A stretch of 64,000 bases of DNA from Candidatus Angelobacter sp. (GCA_036380095.1 DASVFK010000250.1:24125-88124); one strand, 5' to 3'. Counted from the stretch's first letter, positions 53,323 through 61,723 are shown. Notes: generated by a model not told the origin, from the letters alone. Made by a program: numbers and translations.

Positions 53323-54243
53323 ATGGATGTTGTGGAGCGCAGCCAACGCTGGCGCTCCGGGACTTGTCCCCCGGAGCGCCGCGGCTTTTTTGGCGGACTT
53401 GATACAATCACAGTCGTGACGCCGGATAACGCAGCTACGCGCCAGCCTGCCCCGCGCCGCCGCAACGGCTTGCTCTGGGCGGGAGGGCTTCTCATCGTTG
53501 TTGCTTTGCTGAGCAACATACTCTTTTTCCTGCGCCTTCCTGGCCAGGCCATTTTTCCCTGGCTGAACCTGGCGCTGTTCGTGGTTCCCGTGGTCCTGCT
53601 GGTGATGGGGCTCAGGCGTGCCATCACCCAGCCGGAGACTTACCGCGGCAAGGCCGGAGGCTGGATTCTGACCGCGCTGTCCGTCTTGTTGCTTGCCTTT
53701 GCGGTATTCGCGTTCTACAAGTCGCGCGACATTCCCAATGCCGCCAGCGCTCCCAAAGTCGGGGCCAAAGCGCCTGATTTTGTCCTTCCAGACACCAGCG
53801 GCCGGTCCGTGGGACTCAGCGACTTGCTCTCCATGCCGATGGACAACGGCGCGCCACCCAAAGCCGTGCTGTTGGTTTTCTATCGCGGCTACTGGTGACC
53901 GTTCTGCAACTCCGAGTTACGGGGCATCGAAAAGCAGTTGGCGGAATTCAGGAACGCCGGCGTCCGGACGGCCGCCATCAGTGTGGATCCGCCGCAAACC
54001 TCGGCGGAACTCTGCAAGCGCGCAGGCTACACCTTTACGTTTCTCTCAGATCCCTCGAGGGAAGCTACCCGGCGCTACAACCTGCTCCATCGCGGCGGCG
54101 GGCCCGACGGGAGTGACATTGCGCGGCCCGCGGAGTTTCTGGTGGACTCCGCCGGCATAGTTCGCTGGGTGAACTTCGCCGAAGACATTCGCGTTCGCGC
54201 CCGGGCACAGGAGATGCTCGCGGCGGCGCAAAGCATCCAGTAA
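53323..54243 (+). CDS. membrane-anchored thioredoxin-fold redoxin (AhpC/TSA-TlpA superfamily), predicted selenoprotein with Sec at TGA 53896..53898
   Basis: Track ORFs 53296..53898 and 53938..54243 share one frame. Read-through gives VLLVFYRGYW-U-PFCNSELRGIEKQLAEFRNAGVRTAAISVD, the W-C-P-x-C active-site context. Three N-terminal TM helices. The start codon is uncertain (ATG 53323 or TTG 53296). Confidence 0.7.
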
Positions 54244-54360
54244 CTAAGTCATTTCAGGACTGCGCTGTCCCGCGGGGCGCAGCAGGCATGCATGCCTGCG
54301 GGTTCAACACATGATTCATCGAGAGGCTTCGGCCGCGGAGGTAAATCCGATCCTGTGCGG

Positions 54361-54539
54361 CACGTGTCAGGGCATGACTTTAGTCTGCCGTTAGGCGTAC
54401 CTAAATTTATTGGCCTTCAGCCCCTGGAATGTTTGCACAGGCTCTCCGGAAGGTGCGTCATAAAAAGCAACATCTCAGGGGTAAAGCCCGCACTCTGTAA
54501 GACTGGGAAGGCACGACTAAAGTCATGCCCTGACACGTG
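54361..54539. repeat. MITE-like element / long hairpin bounded by perfect 25-bp inverted repeats
   Basis: CACGTGTCAGGGCATGACTTTAGTC (54361..54385) is the exact reverse complement of 54515..54539, and pairing extends a further 4 bp inward after a 1-nt bulge. There is no coding capacity apart from a doubtful 98-aa ORF. Confidence 0.65.
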
Positions 54540-54612
54540 TGGAATGAGCAGGGAGTCTTTTCAACACCCTGGTCAGCCCCTGAAGTAAGAGGCTGAGGAC
54601 ACGTCCAAGAAA

Positions 54613-55347
54613 CTACAGGTTGCTGTACTGGACCGTAGCTTTCTTCGGCACCGGTTTCTTTTCGGTAACGTTGTCGTCAATCACGATCTTCTTCGGTCCC
54701 TGCGTGCCGGCTGAAGTTGTGCTGGAGGCCTGCACGGCGCCGTCATCGGCAGTCTTGGGTTTTTTTGGCGCGGGCGCTGCAGCAACAGCAGCCTGGCGTG
54801 GCGCATGTGACGGGGCCGGCGCAGTTGGCGAAGCGACAACGCTGCCCTTGCCTTCCAGGACCGCGGCTTTTCCTTCAATATAGGACGAGAGGCTGCGCCG
54901 GATTCGCGTCAGGTTGGAGAAGTCCTGCGCCAGCGGACCGTATTCTTCTTTCTTGCCGTAAGTTTCAGTGGCCGTCACCAGCGAGTCCAGCGTTTCACAA
55001 ACCACGCTCAAATCGTCATAGAGTTTAAAGCTGGTTACCACGCTCCCGCGCGAGCTGCGAACTTCGGCGATGAGCGCCGGCAGTGCGCCCGCCAGGTTGC
55101 GCTTCAGGGAAACCGCCGTATGCTCTGCTTCCTTGGCGTGCGAATTCTTGCCCATGAACCCCGGCTTGAGCCCGGTCCCCCACTTGTCAGTCCTCAGGTT
55201 GGCGATGTCAATCTGTGCGGTTTGCGCCGTCTTTTCCAGATCGGCCAGGGTCGTGTACAAGTCGGGCCGCGCAGCTGCGCTCTTTTGCTGCGCCGCCGCA
55301 GCCATGCTCAGGGCGAAAATCGCCAGCACGGCCAGTGAGCTTTTCAT
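54613..55347 (-). CDS. hypothetical secreted protein
   Basis: Signal peptide MKSSLAVLAIFALSMAAAAQQ, a helical N-terminal half and a Pro/Ala/Lys-rich C-terminal half. No family recognised. Confidence 0.55.
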   Translation of the reverse strand: MKSSLAVLAIFALSMAAAAQQKSAAARPDLYTTLADLEKTAQTAQIDIANLRTDKWGTGLKPGFMGKNSHAKEAEHTAVSLKRNLAGALPALIAEVRSSRGSVVTSFKLYDDLSVVCETLDSLVTATETYGKKEEYGPLAQDFSNLTRIRRSLSSYIEGKAAVLEGKGSVVASPTAPAPSHAPRQAAVAAAPAPKKPKTADDGAVQASSTTSAGTQGPKKIVIDDNVTEKKPVPKKATVQYSNL

Positions 55348-55489
55348 TGGGATGGCTCCAGTGGGGGACGTCTTAAATAAGGATATCGCTCCTGCCTTCT
55401 CCTGCGCGCGTTACCGATGGGCACTGCCGCTGCGGACCGAGGTAACTGATTTCGGAGCTGATCTTGCGAATCGCAGATTCCTCCGGTTT

Positions 55490-56374
55490 TCACGCCGCTA
55501 CGGCCGGCCGCACGCCGCCTTCCAGTCCGATCTTGGCAAACGCCAGGTTCAACGTCTGCTTGCTCAGCAGTTCCAGGAAAGAGCCGACCGACTGCACAAT
55601 CGTGCTCACGTCGTCGCGGCCTATTCCGGCCTCTTCCAGCTCTGTCATGGAAAGTTGCAGCGTGTGCGGCAGTTCGGCGGCCAACGCCAGTGCTGACTCG
55701 CGCAGCGCCGCGCAATTCTGTTCGAAGCGCGCGGTCGCCACAACCGGTTTGAGGGCCGTCCAGTATTCTTCCAGGAATTCCGGCCAGCGTCCCAGGCTGA
55801 GGTAGCAAGTGCCCAGGAAGGGCGTGCCCATGGTGCGCTTGATGTCGTCATAGACCCTGCGCGTGGCAGGGGGCGCGCTCTCTTCTTCCACCTGGATCGG
55901 CCGCTGGACGCGCGAAACGCTGGACCAATCGTGCTCCGCGGGCCTGCTCTCCCGCGGCACTGTTGTCTCAGGGTTCTCAAAGGCCTGCGCTTGCGCTGCA
56001 CAAAGCAGCAGCAGTGCGGGATAATTTGCGTAATAGAGATCCACCACCTGCTGCAACTCGTCCACCGCGCCCGCGCTGAAACTCAGCTCCTGCGTGCGTC
56101 GCCGCAAGTCCGGGACGGCGAAGTAATTGTGCATCCGCGTATAGGCTTCTGCCCGCAGCCGCCCTGCTGTGGAGAAGAATTCCTGCATTTCCACCACCGG
56201 ACGCGCCCGCTCCCAGAACCGGCTGAAGTACTCCGGGAAAGAAGCCAGCACCTGGAACATGGTGTTCACGTGCGGCGTGCCGAGAGCTTCCTTGATCTCG
56301 AAGTAGATCTGGCTGGTGCGCAAGTCTGCTTCAGCTTCTTTGATCGCGTGCAGCTTGTGCCGCTTCCAGGCCAT
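55490..56374 (-). CDS. DehI-family (halocarboxylic acid dehalogenase DehI-like) protein
   Basis: Two internal repeats with the DehI-like pattern: IYFEIKEALGTPHVNTMFQVLASFPEYFSRFW and VYDDIKRTMGTPFLGTCYLSLGRWPEFLEEYW. These resemble my recollection of the P. putida DehI repeat YEDIRLTLRVPWV...ATFPGYL. Recognition is from memory only. Confidence 0.55.
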   Translation of the reverse strand: MAWKRHKLHAIKEAEADLRTSQIYFEIKEALGTPHVNTMFQVLASFPEYFSRFWERARPVVEMQEFFSTAGRLRAEAYTRMHNYFAVPDLRRRTQELSFSAGAVDELQQVVDLYYANYPALLLLCAAQAQAFENPETTVPRESRPAEHDWSSVSRVQRPIQVEEESAPPATRRVYDDIKRTMGTPFLGTCYLSLGRWPEFLEEYWTALKPVVATARFEQNCAALRESALALAAELPHTLQLSMTELEEAGIGRDDVSTIVQSVGSFLELLSKQTLNLAFAKIGLEGGVRPAVAA

Positions 56375-56633
56375 ACCGGTTGGATGAATGCTCCTGCCAT
56401 TGGGTTGAGCGAATGGCTGCTTGATCTGCGACAGCCGGAACGGGTCAGGCCAATACCTTACGCCGCTCCAACTTTCGTCACTTGCCAGCGGCTGTGACCA
56501 AAGGACATGATGGCGCCACCACTGGGCAGCAACAACCGTAACGGAGACATGAAAAGAAAGTTAAAGCAGAATCACACTTGCCGCCACGCACAACCAGCGT
56601 TCCCGGCCTGCATCGTACTTGGGTAACGAACCG

Positions 56634-56813
56634 ATGAGAACCGTACTAGCATCCTCCACTGTCCTTGTAACCATCCTTCTTTCTTTGAGTTTTGGCATTG
56701 CCTGCGGATACGCAGTGATTGCCGGGATCCTGCACGCAATCGCCTATCGGCCCAAGCCGCAGGAAAACGCTCCAGCAACAGCAGCGATTGCCACCTCGGC
56801 CGGCACGCACTAA
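56634..56813 (+). CDS. possible small two-helix membrane protein
   Basis: MRTVLASSTVLVTILLSLSFGIACGYAVIAGILHAIAY... is hydrophobic and plausible. However, the RBS is weak and no homology is recognised. Confidence 0.25.
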   Translation: MRTVLASSTVLVTILLSLSFGIACGYAVIAGILHAIAYRPKPQENAPATAAIATSAGTH

Positions 56814-57005
56814 AGCGCCGCGGCATCCCCGAGCGCCCGCCCCTGTTTCAAGCAGCTTGGAACTGCGAAGAACCCTGCCGTGACCCAGGTTGCGGACTCG
56901 CCGGTGCGGCACGAAACATCACTTTCCGCCCACTGTTGCCCCTGCTGCGCATCTAACCCTGCGGGAAAAACGCACCGCGACCATCGCGTACAAGGAGGGA
57001 AACAG

Positions 57006-57863
57006 ATGCCATTCATCAACGTCGGCAGAGAAAATTCCGGCAGGATCGAGCTTTACTATGAAGACCACGGCAAGGGCAATCCCGTGGTGCTGATTCACGG
57101 CTGGCCCCTGAGTGGGCGTTCCTGGGAGAAGCAGACTCGGGCCCTGGTGGATGCAGGTTACCGCGTTATCACGTACGACCGGCGCGGTTTTGGACACTCC
57201 AGCAAACCGGCCATCGGCTACGACTATGAGACTTTTGCTGAAGACTTGCGCCGGCTCATCATCCGTCTCCGCCTGCGCGATGTTACGCTCGTGGGTTTCT
57301 CCATGGGCGGCGGTGAGGTGGCGCGCTACTTGGGCAGATACGGGACCAGGGGCGTGAGCAACGCGGTCTTTGTCTCCGCGATTCCGCCATTCCTGTTCAA
57401 AACTCACGACAACCCTGAAGGCGTGGAAGGCAGCGTCTTTGAGGGAATCAAGCAAGGGATCGCCGCTGACCGCATGGCGTTTCTCTCGCAGTTTCTTACC
57501 AATTTTTACAACGTTGACGTGCTGGGCGGAAGGCTGATCAGCGACCAGGTGGTGCAATTCAGTTGGGCCATCGCCGCCGGCGCATCACCCCGCGGCACGA
57601 TCGATTGTGTGAACGCCTGGCTGACTGACTTCCGCAAAGACCTCAAGCGCATTGACATTCCCACGCTGGTCATCCACGGCGACTCGGACCGCATTGTCCC
57701 ACTGGCCGCCAGCGGCAAGCGCACGGCCGAGATGGTCCAACGGGGCAGGCTGGTCGTGGTGGAGGGCGGCCCGCACGGTTTAACCTGGACCCACGCCGAC
57801 CAAGTCAACCGCGAGCTGTTGAACTTCCTGGGGCAGGAGATCACCAGACGCAAGGTGGCTTGA
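57006..57863 (+). CDS. alpha/beta hydrolase, non-haem chloroperoxidase / arylesterase-like
   Basis: ATG 57006 follows AAGGAGGG. MPFINVGRENSGRIELYYEDHGKGNPVVLIHGWPLSG, nucleophile elbow GFSMGGGE, and a late HGD...H region typical of this subfamily. Confidence 0.85.
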   Translation: MPFINVGRENSGRIELYYEDHGKGNPVVLIHGWPLSGRSWEKQTRALVDAGYRVITYDRRGFGHSSKPAIGYDYETFAEDLRRLIIRLRLRDVTLVGFSMGGGEVARYLGRYGTRGVSNAVFVSAIPPFLFKTHDNPEGVEGSVFEGIKQGIAADRMAFLSQFLTNFYNVDVLGGRLISDQVVQFSWAIAAGASPRGTIDCVNAWLTDFRKDLKRIDIPTLVIHGDSDRIVPLAASGKRTAEMVQRGRLVVVEGGPHGLTWTHADQVNRELLNFLGQEITRRKVA

Positions 57864-57871
57864 GCGAAACG

Positions 57872-58447
57872 CTATTTTTTCTTTGGCATCGACACCGGTT
57901 TCGCGAGCGGCTTGACTTCTGCCGGGGGCGCAGGCGGCGCCGGCTTCGCCAGCGCGGCCCTGGCTTTCTCCGGAAGTTTGTCGGCATGGGCTAACAATTG
58001 GCTTACCTGCCATATCTGTGCCTGCGTCAGCATCTCGCCGAAGCCCGGCATGCCGGTCATGCGGATTCCGTTGGCAACTTTCCAGTAGGTTTCGCCCACG
58101 GGATCGTCGGTGACCATCTCGTCCTTGTTGAACAACTGCGGCGGCAGAGGAAACATGCCTTTGGCCGCCTTGGTGGCGGGCTCCCCCGGCAGGCCGTGGC
58201 AGAAAGCACAATTCTCAGTGTAGATGGTTGCGCCCTGTTCCAGCCCGGCTTCATCCGTGGTGCCCTGTGCCTGCTTGGGCGCTTCTTTACCGATGCGAGC
58301 AGCCAACGCCATCTTGGCCACTTGGTGCTCAAACGGCATGGGCGGCGCCGACGTTGCCACCGGCGCATAGCCAAGGCGGAAATAACAGAAAGCCCCCACC
58401 GCCGGAATCAACAGTCCCAGAATCAGGCCAAAGATGAACTTCTTCAT
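57872..58447 (-). CDS. membrane-anchored c-type cytochrome
   Basis: ATG 58447 follows GAGGGAGAG. N-terminal helix MKKFIFGLILGLLIPAVGAFCYF and haem motif CAFCHG with a downstream Met (MTGMPGF). Confidence 0.75.
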   Translation of the reverse strand: MKKFIFGLILGLLIPAVGAFCYFRLGYAPVATSAPPMPFEHQVAKMALAARIGKEAPKQAQGTTDEAGLEQGATIYTENCAFCHGLPGEPATKAAKGMFPLPPQLFNKDEMVTDDPVGETYWKVANGIRMTGMPGFGEMLTQAQIWQVSQLLAHADKLPEKARAALAKPAPPAPPAEVKPLAKPVSMPKKK

Positions 58448-58578
58448 GCGGCTCTCCCTCTGTTCAGGAATTCTGACCATTGATTGTATGCGATGCGCCT
58501 CTCTTTCGCGCAAACTCTATCGCAATACGAATCAGGAAGCGCAGCGTTCCCGATCACGGCGATTCCTGGCGGTCTCCC

Positions 58579-60930
58579 TCAGTTCCTCGTCAGGTAGATC
58601 ACCGACATAAATGACACGCCTGAAGCGTCCCAGCCCTTCACCGTGATGCGGTGTGTTCCCACGGTCAGCGCCAGCGTGGTGTCTGCCGTACTGGAAGCGG
58701 TTTGGTATTTGAGCACGCCGTCCAGGTAGACCTGCGTCGCATTGATCTTGTAGCCGGAGAAAGCCGTCCCCACCACATGCACGGACGAGTTGGTGGTGCT
58801 GGTAAAAGTTGGGCTGGTGATGGTTACGTATTGCGCCTTCACCGTGACCGTCTTGCTTGTACTAGAGACCGCGCCCTGATTGTCTGTGACCGTGGCCTTC
58901 ACAGTGTAGGCGCCGGCGGTTTTGTATTGATGTGCTGCGCTCACACCGTTCACTGTCGCGCTGCCGTCGCCGAAGTTGATGCTGACGCCCGCGATGGAGC
59001 CGTCAGGATCGCTCGACCCAGCGGTGGACGCTGTGACCGAGCCTCCCACGAGCAGTGACGTTGCGTTCAGGCTGAGCGCGGCCACCGGAGGCTGGTTGGT
59101 CACTGGCACCGTCACGTTCACCTGGCTCATGAAGTTGCGCCCGGAGCTGTCCCAAGCTTTCACAGTCAGGGTATGGGCTCCACCTGAGGCTGCAATGCTC
59201 GTATCGAGCGTGGGAGCGTTCCCGGTGTAAGCCAGCACGCCATCCAGGTAGACCTGCATGGTGGTCACTGGATAACCGGAGAAGCCGCTGGCCGTCACGC
59301 GTACGGGTGAAGTCACTTGCGCTCCCGCCGCCGGGGCGCTCACGATCACCTCCGGCGGTTTCACCGTGACCGTCTTGCTCATCGAGGAGGTTGCGCCCAT
59401 GTTGTCGGTAACGGTTGCCGTCACCGTGTAAGCTCCCGCAGCCGAGTATGTGTGCGACGCAGAGGTCCCTGCCATCGCCGTACTGCCGTCACCAAAGTTG
59501 ATGCTCGTGCCGGCCAGCGTTCCATCGGGATCACTGGAGCCCGCCGCGCTCGCCGAGATGGTTGCCGGCGCGTAGGCCGAGGTCGCCGACAAAGACAACG
59601 CTGCCACCGGCGGTTGGTTCGCCGCGGCAGCTATCGTCCACGGCGCGCCCGCGGAGATCTTGTTGGTCATTGAAGGCATGCCGATGGCTTTCACGAACAC
59701 CGTGTAAGTACCGGAGTCCAGCCCGAACTGCGCCAGGTCCATCGAGGAGACGCCTGCCGCCGCATTTGCCAGCCACATCAGGTTCTGGCCGTCTTGCGAA
59801 GCAAACACAGAAAAGTGGTCCACCGTGTTTGCCTGTCCGGTGATGCTCCATGAAACCACGCTTCCTGTCACCTTGGCGCTTACCGTCACGCAGTTGTCAA
59901 CGCCGCTTTCAAACTCAGAGCCTTCTTCGTAATCGTTCCAGGTGACAAGCTGAATGCCCAGCAACTGGTTCGTGGTGGAGTAATATTTGCCATTTTCTTT
60001 GAGCGTCTGCAGCCACGTCTGGCCGCACTGCTGCCCGATCACGCGCCCTGCGCCCCAGGCTGCCAGCGAGTCGTTGAATCCTTTGTAAGCGGAAGCGATG
60101 GAATACTTGGCGGGATTGGCCAGCGCGGTCTTGTCGTAATTGTCCAGGTAGGTGATGGCCATCAGGTTGGTGGAGGACACGGTCTCCGGCGCCACCCAGG
60201 AGAAGCCGCCGTCGCTTTGCGCGTGCGTGAACGCTCCGGAGTTGCGGAAGACAAGCAGCGGGTTTCCTGCAACGCCGTTGCGCACCCGCGCCCAGTCGAT
60301 CGCATACTTGGAGTCGTCAATAAAGAAATAAACCACCGGACGGCCGCCCGACCTCTGGTACGCGGGCGAGCCCCAGTAGGTGGTGTTGGCGTAGTTGAGA
60401 TCGTTGATGGCGCTCTGCGTGATGTCACAGCCCGTGCCGCACCCGGAGAACGAGCCCTGATCGAGCATGATGGCGAAGCTGAAGCCCGGGTGCAGAAGGG
60501 CCTGCTGCATGATGTACTGCGTGGTCTGGTCATAAGCCCGGTGCTGAGTGCTGTTGCCCGCGCCGTACCAGTCGATGATCACTCCGTCCAGGCCGCGGCT
60601 CACCATGTCATTCACCTGTTTCTGCACCTGCAGCGCGTCGTTGGAGGCGTAGCCCACGTTCATGTGGTTGCTGAAGCCGAACCAGGGCATGAAATGAGCG
60701 TAGATCTTTGCCGTCGCTCCTGGATAAAGCGCCGTCCTGAGCGGCACCTTGCTGATATTGCCCGCGCCGATGTTGCCGTCGCTCTGCGTAAGAAAAGAAT
60801 CGGCCGCGCTGGTGTTGTTCGCGGTTTCCGCGGCAAGCGTAGTTGTCGCCTGGAATTTTGTCGCGGCGGACGCCGGGAGTAAAGAGCAAAGAAAGAATAT
60901 GATGACTGGAAGGCTGTATTGCTTATGCAC
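58579..60930 (-). CDS. secreted glycosidase-like protein with two PKD domains and Ig-like domains
   Basis: Signal peptide. The N-terminal ~400 aa is TIM-barrel-like (YAHFMPWFGF...GLDGVIIDWYG). Two PKD units (SSDPDG...INFGDGS...YTVTATVTD) alternate with Ig-like units (VYLDGVL...TLTVKAWDSSG). The catalytic family is not assignable by eye. Confidence 0.7.
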   Translation of the reverse strand: MHKQYSLPVIIFFLCSLLPASAATKFQATTTLAAETANNTSAADSFLTQSDGNIGAGNISKVPLRTALYPGATAKIYAHFMPWFGFSNHMNVGYASNDALQVQKQVNDMVSRGLDGVIIDWYGAGNSTQHRAYDQTTQYIMQQALLHPGFSFAIMLDQGSFSGCGTGCDITQSAINDLNYANTTYWGSPAYQRSGGRPVVYFFIDDSKYAIDWARVRNGVAGNPLLVFRNSGAFTHAQSDGGFSWVAPETVSSTNLMAITYLDNYDKTALANPAKYSIASAYKGFNDSLAAWGAGRVIGQQCGQTWLQTLKENGKYYSTTNQLLGIQLVTWNDYEEGSEFESGVDNCVTVSAKVTGSVVSWSITGQANTVDHFSVFASQDGQNLMWLANAAAGVSSMDLAQFGLDSGTYTVFVKAIGMPSMTNKISAGAPWTIAAAANQPPVAALSLSATSAYAPATISASAAGSSDPDGTLAGTSINFGDGSTAMAGTSASHTYSAAGAYTVTATVTDNMGATSSMSKTVTVKPPEVIVSAPAAGAQVTSPVRVTASGFSGYPVTTMQVYLDGVLAYTGNAPTLDTSIAASGGAHTLTVKAWDSSGRNFMSQVNVTVPVTNQPPVAALSLNATSLLVGGSVTASTAGSSDPDGSIAGVSINFGDGSATVNGVSAAHQYKTAGAYTVKATVTDNQGAVSSTSKTVTVKAQYVTITSPTFTSTTNSSVHVVGTAFSGYKINATQVYLDGVLKYQTASSTADTTLALTVGTHRITVKGWDASGVSFMSVIYLTRN

Positions 60931-61294
60931 GCAAGGGTCCCCTGGGCTTAACGTCGCCTGGGGAGTCGAGAGGTCAAGTCCGTTAGCTGCTGATTTCGTC
61001 CATAGGTCTGCGGAACGATTGCTCAGGATTCTAGGGGAGTAACTGCTTGACCCGAATCAGCAGAATCACTTGCTTCACCACGCGAGATGCCTTATGAGTG
61101 GTAGGTGAGGAATCGGTCATTGATTCTGAAGGATTTAGAACGTGAACAGAAAGGAGATGCCTGCAACTTATCCACCTGCGACCGGCCCGCGAAAACAACT
61201 AAGTTGCACCCGATTGCTTCTAAGCTAACGGCCAAAGGTTGACGTGGCGCCCGCTTGTCCTGAAGAATGGAATAACGGTAGGGGGTAAGCACAA

Positions 61295-61537
61295 ATGAGT
61301 GCGCAGCCGAAAATGGACACCACTCCGAAAATCCCGGCGGATATCAACGTAAAGCTGCGGAGTCTGGCCCACGATCTGAGCAATTCGATCGAAACCATCA
61401 TGCAAGCTTCTTACTTGCTTGCCCAGATGCAGTTGGATGAGAACGCCCGGAAGTGGTCAGACCTGATTGACAAGGCCGGCCGCGACTGCGCACGGATCAA
61501 CCGCGAAATCCGCGATATCCTCCGCGCCAGCGCCTGA
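61295..61537 (+). CDS. stand-alone HisKA/DHp-like mini-protein (80 aa)
   Basis: H-box-like LRSLAHDLSNSIETIMQASYLL followed by a second helix, with no HATPase or sensor domain. RBS-like GGGGGTAAG upstream. Confidence 0.45.
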   Translation: MSAQPKMDTTPKIPADINVKLRSLAHDLSNSIETIMQASYLLAQMQLDENARKWSDLIDKAGRDCARINREIRDILRASA

Positions 61538-61636
61538 ACGCCAGACCCACGCGCAGCGACTGACCGGAGCATGCGCTCCAAGCCTGCCTGCGCCACCCAT
61601 GCCCACATCGCCGTCGGCACTTCCCCAAATAAATAA

Positions 61637-61659
61637 CCTGCGCCCCGAGGGGGCGCAGG
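61637..61659 (-). terminator. rho-independent terminator (CCTGCGCCCC-GAG-GGGGCGCAGG; TTATTTATTT on the minus strand)
   Basis: Perfect 10-bp stem between convergent genes. The T-rich tract follows it on the minus strand, downstream of the Spy/CpxP-like gene. Confidence 0.75.
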
Positions 61660-61723
61660 TCGCGTTGCTATCAAGAAATCTTGTGAGGAGGGTTGTTGGA
61701 AGCCGCGCACCATCGGCGTCCTG

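Noticed and set aside
53899-53960. A confident bacterial SECIS call downstream of the TGA
   Set aside because: I found only a 5-bp stem with an AGUUA loop (53910..53924) and a weak CUGC/GCAG outer pairing (53904..53937). This is too small to call by eye, so it is reported only as a candidate within the finding.
53296-54243. Treating 53296..53898 and 53938..54243 as two genes or as a pseudogene disrupted by a nonsense mutation
   Set aside because: The two ORFs share one frame, and the stop is a TGA located exactly at the active-site Cys of a W-C-P-x-C motif. Both halves are incomplete folds on their own. A selenocysteine reading is more parsimonious, though it is unproven without SECIS scoring and sel genes.
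54292-54588. 98-aa ORF spanning the inverted-repeat element
   Set aside because: It is embedded in and symmetric with a 25-bp perfect inverted repeat. It has no RBS and low-complexity content, so it is most likely a translation artefact of a repeat element.
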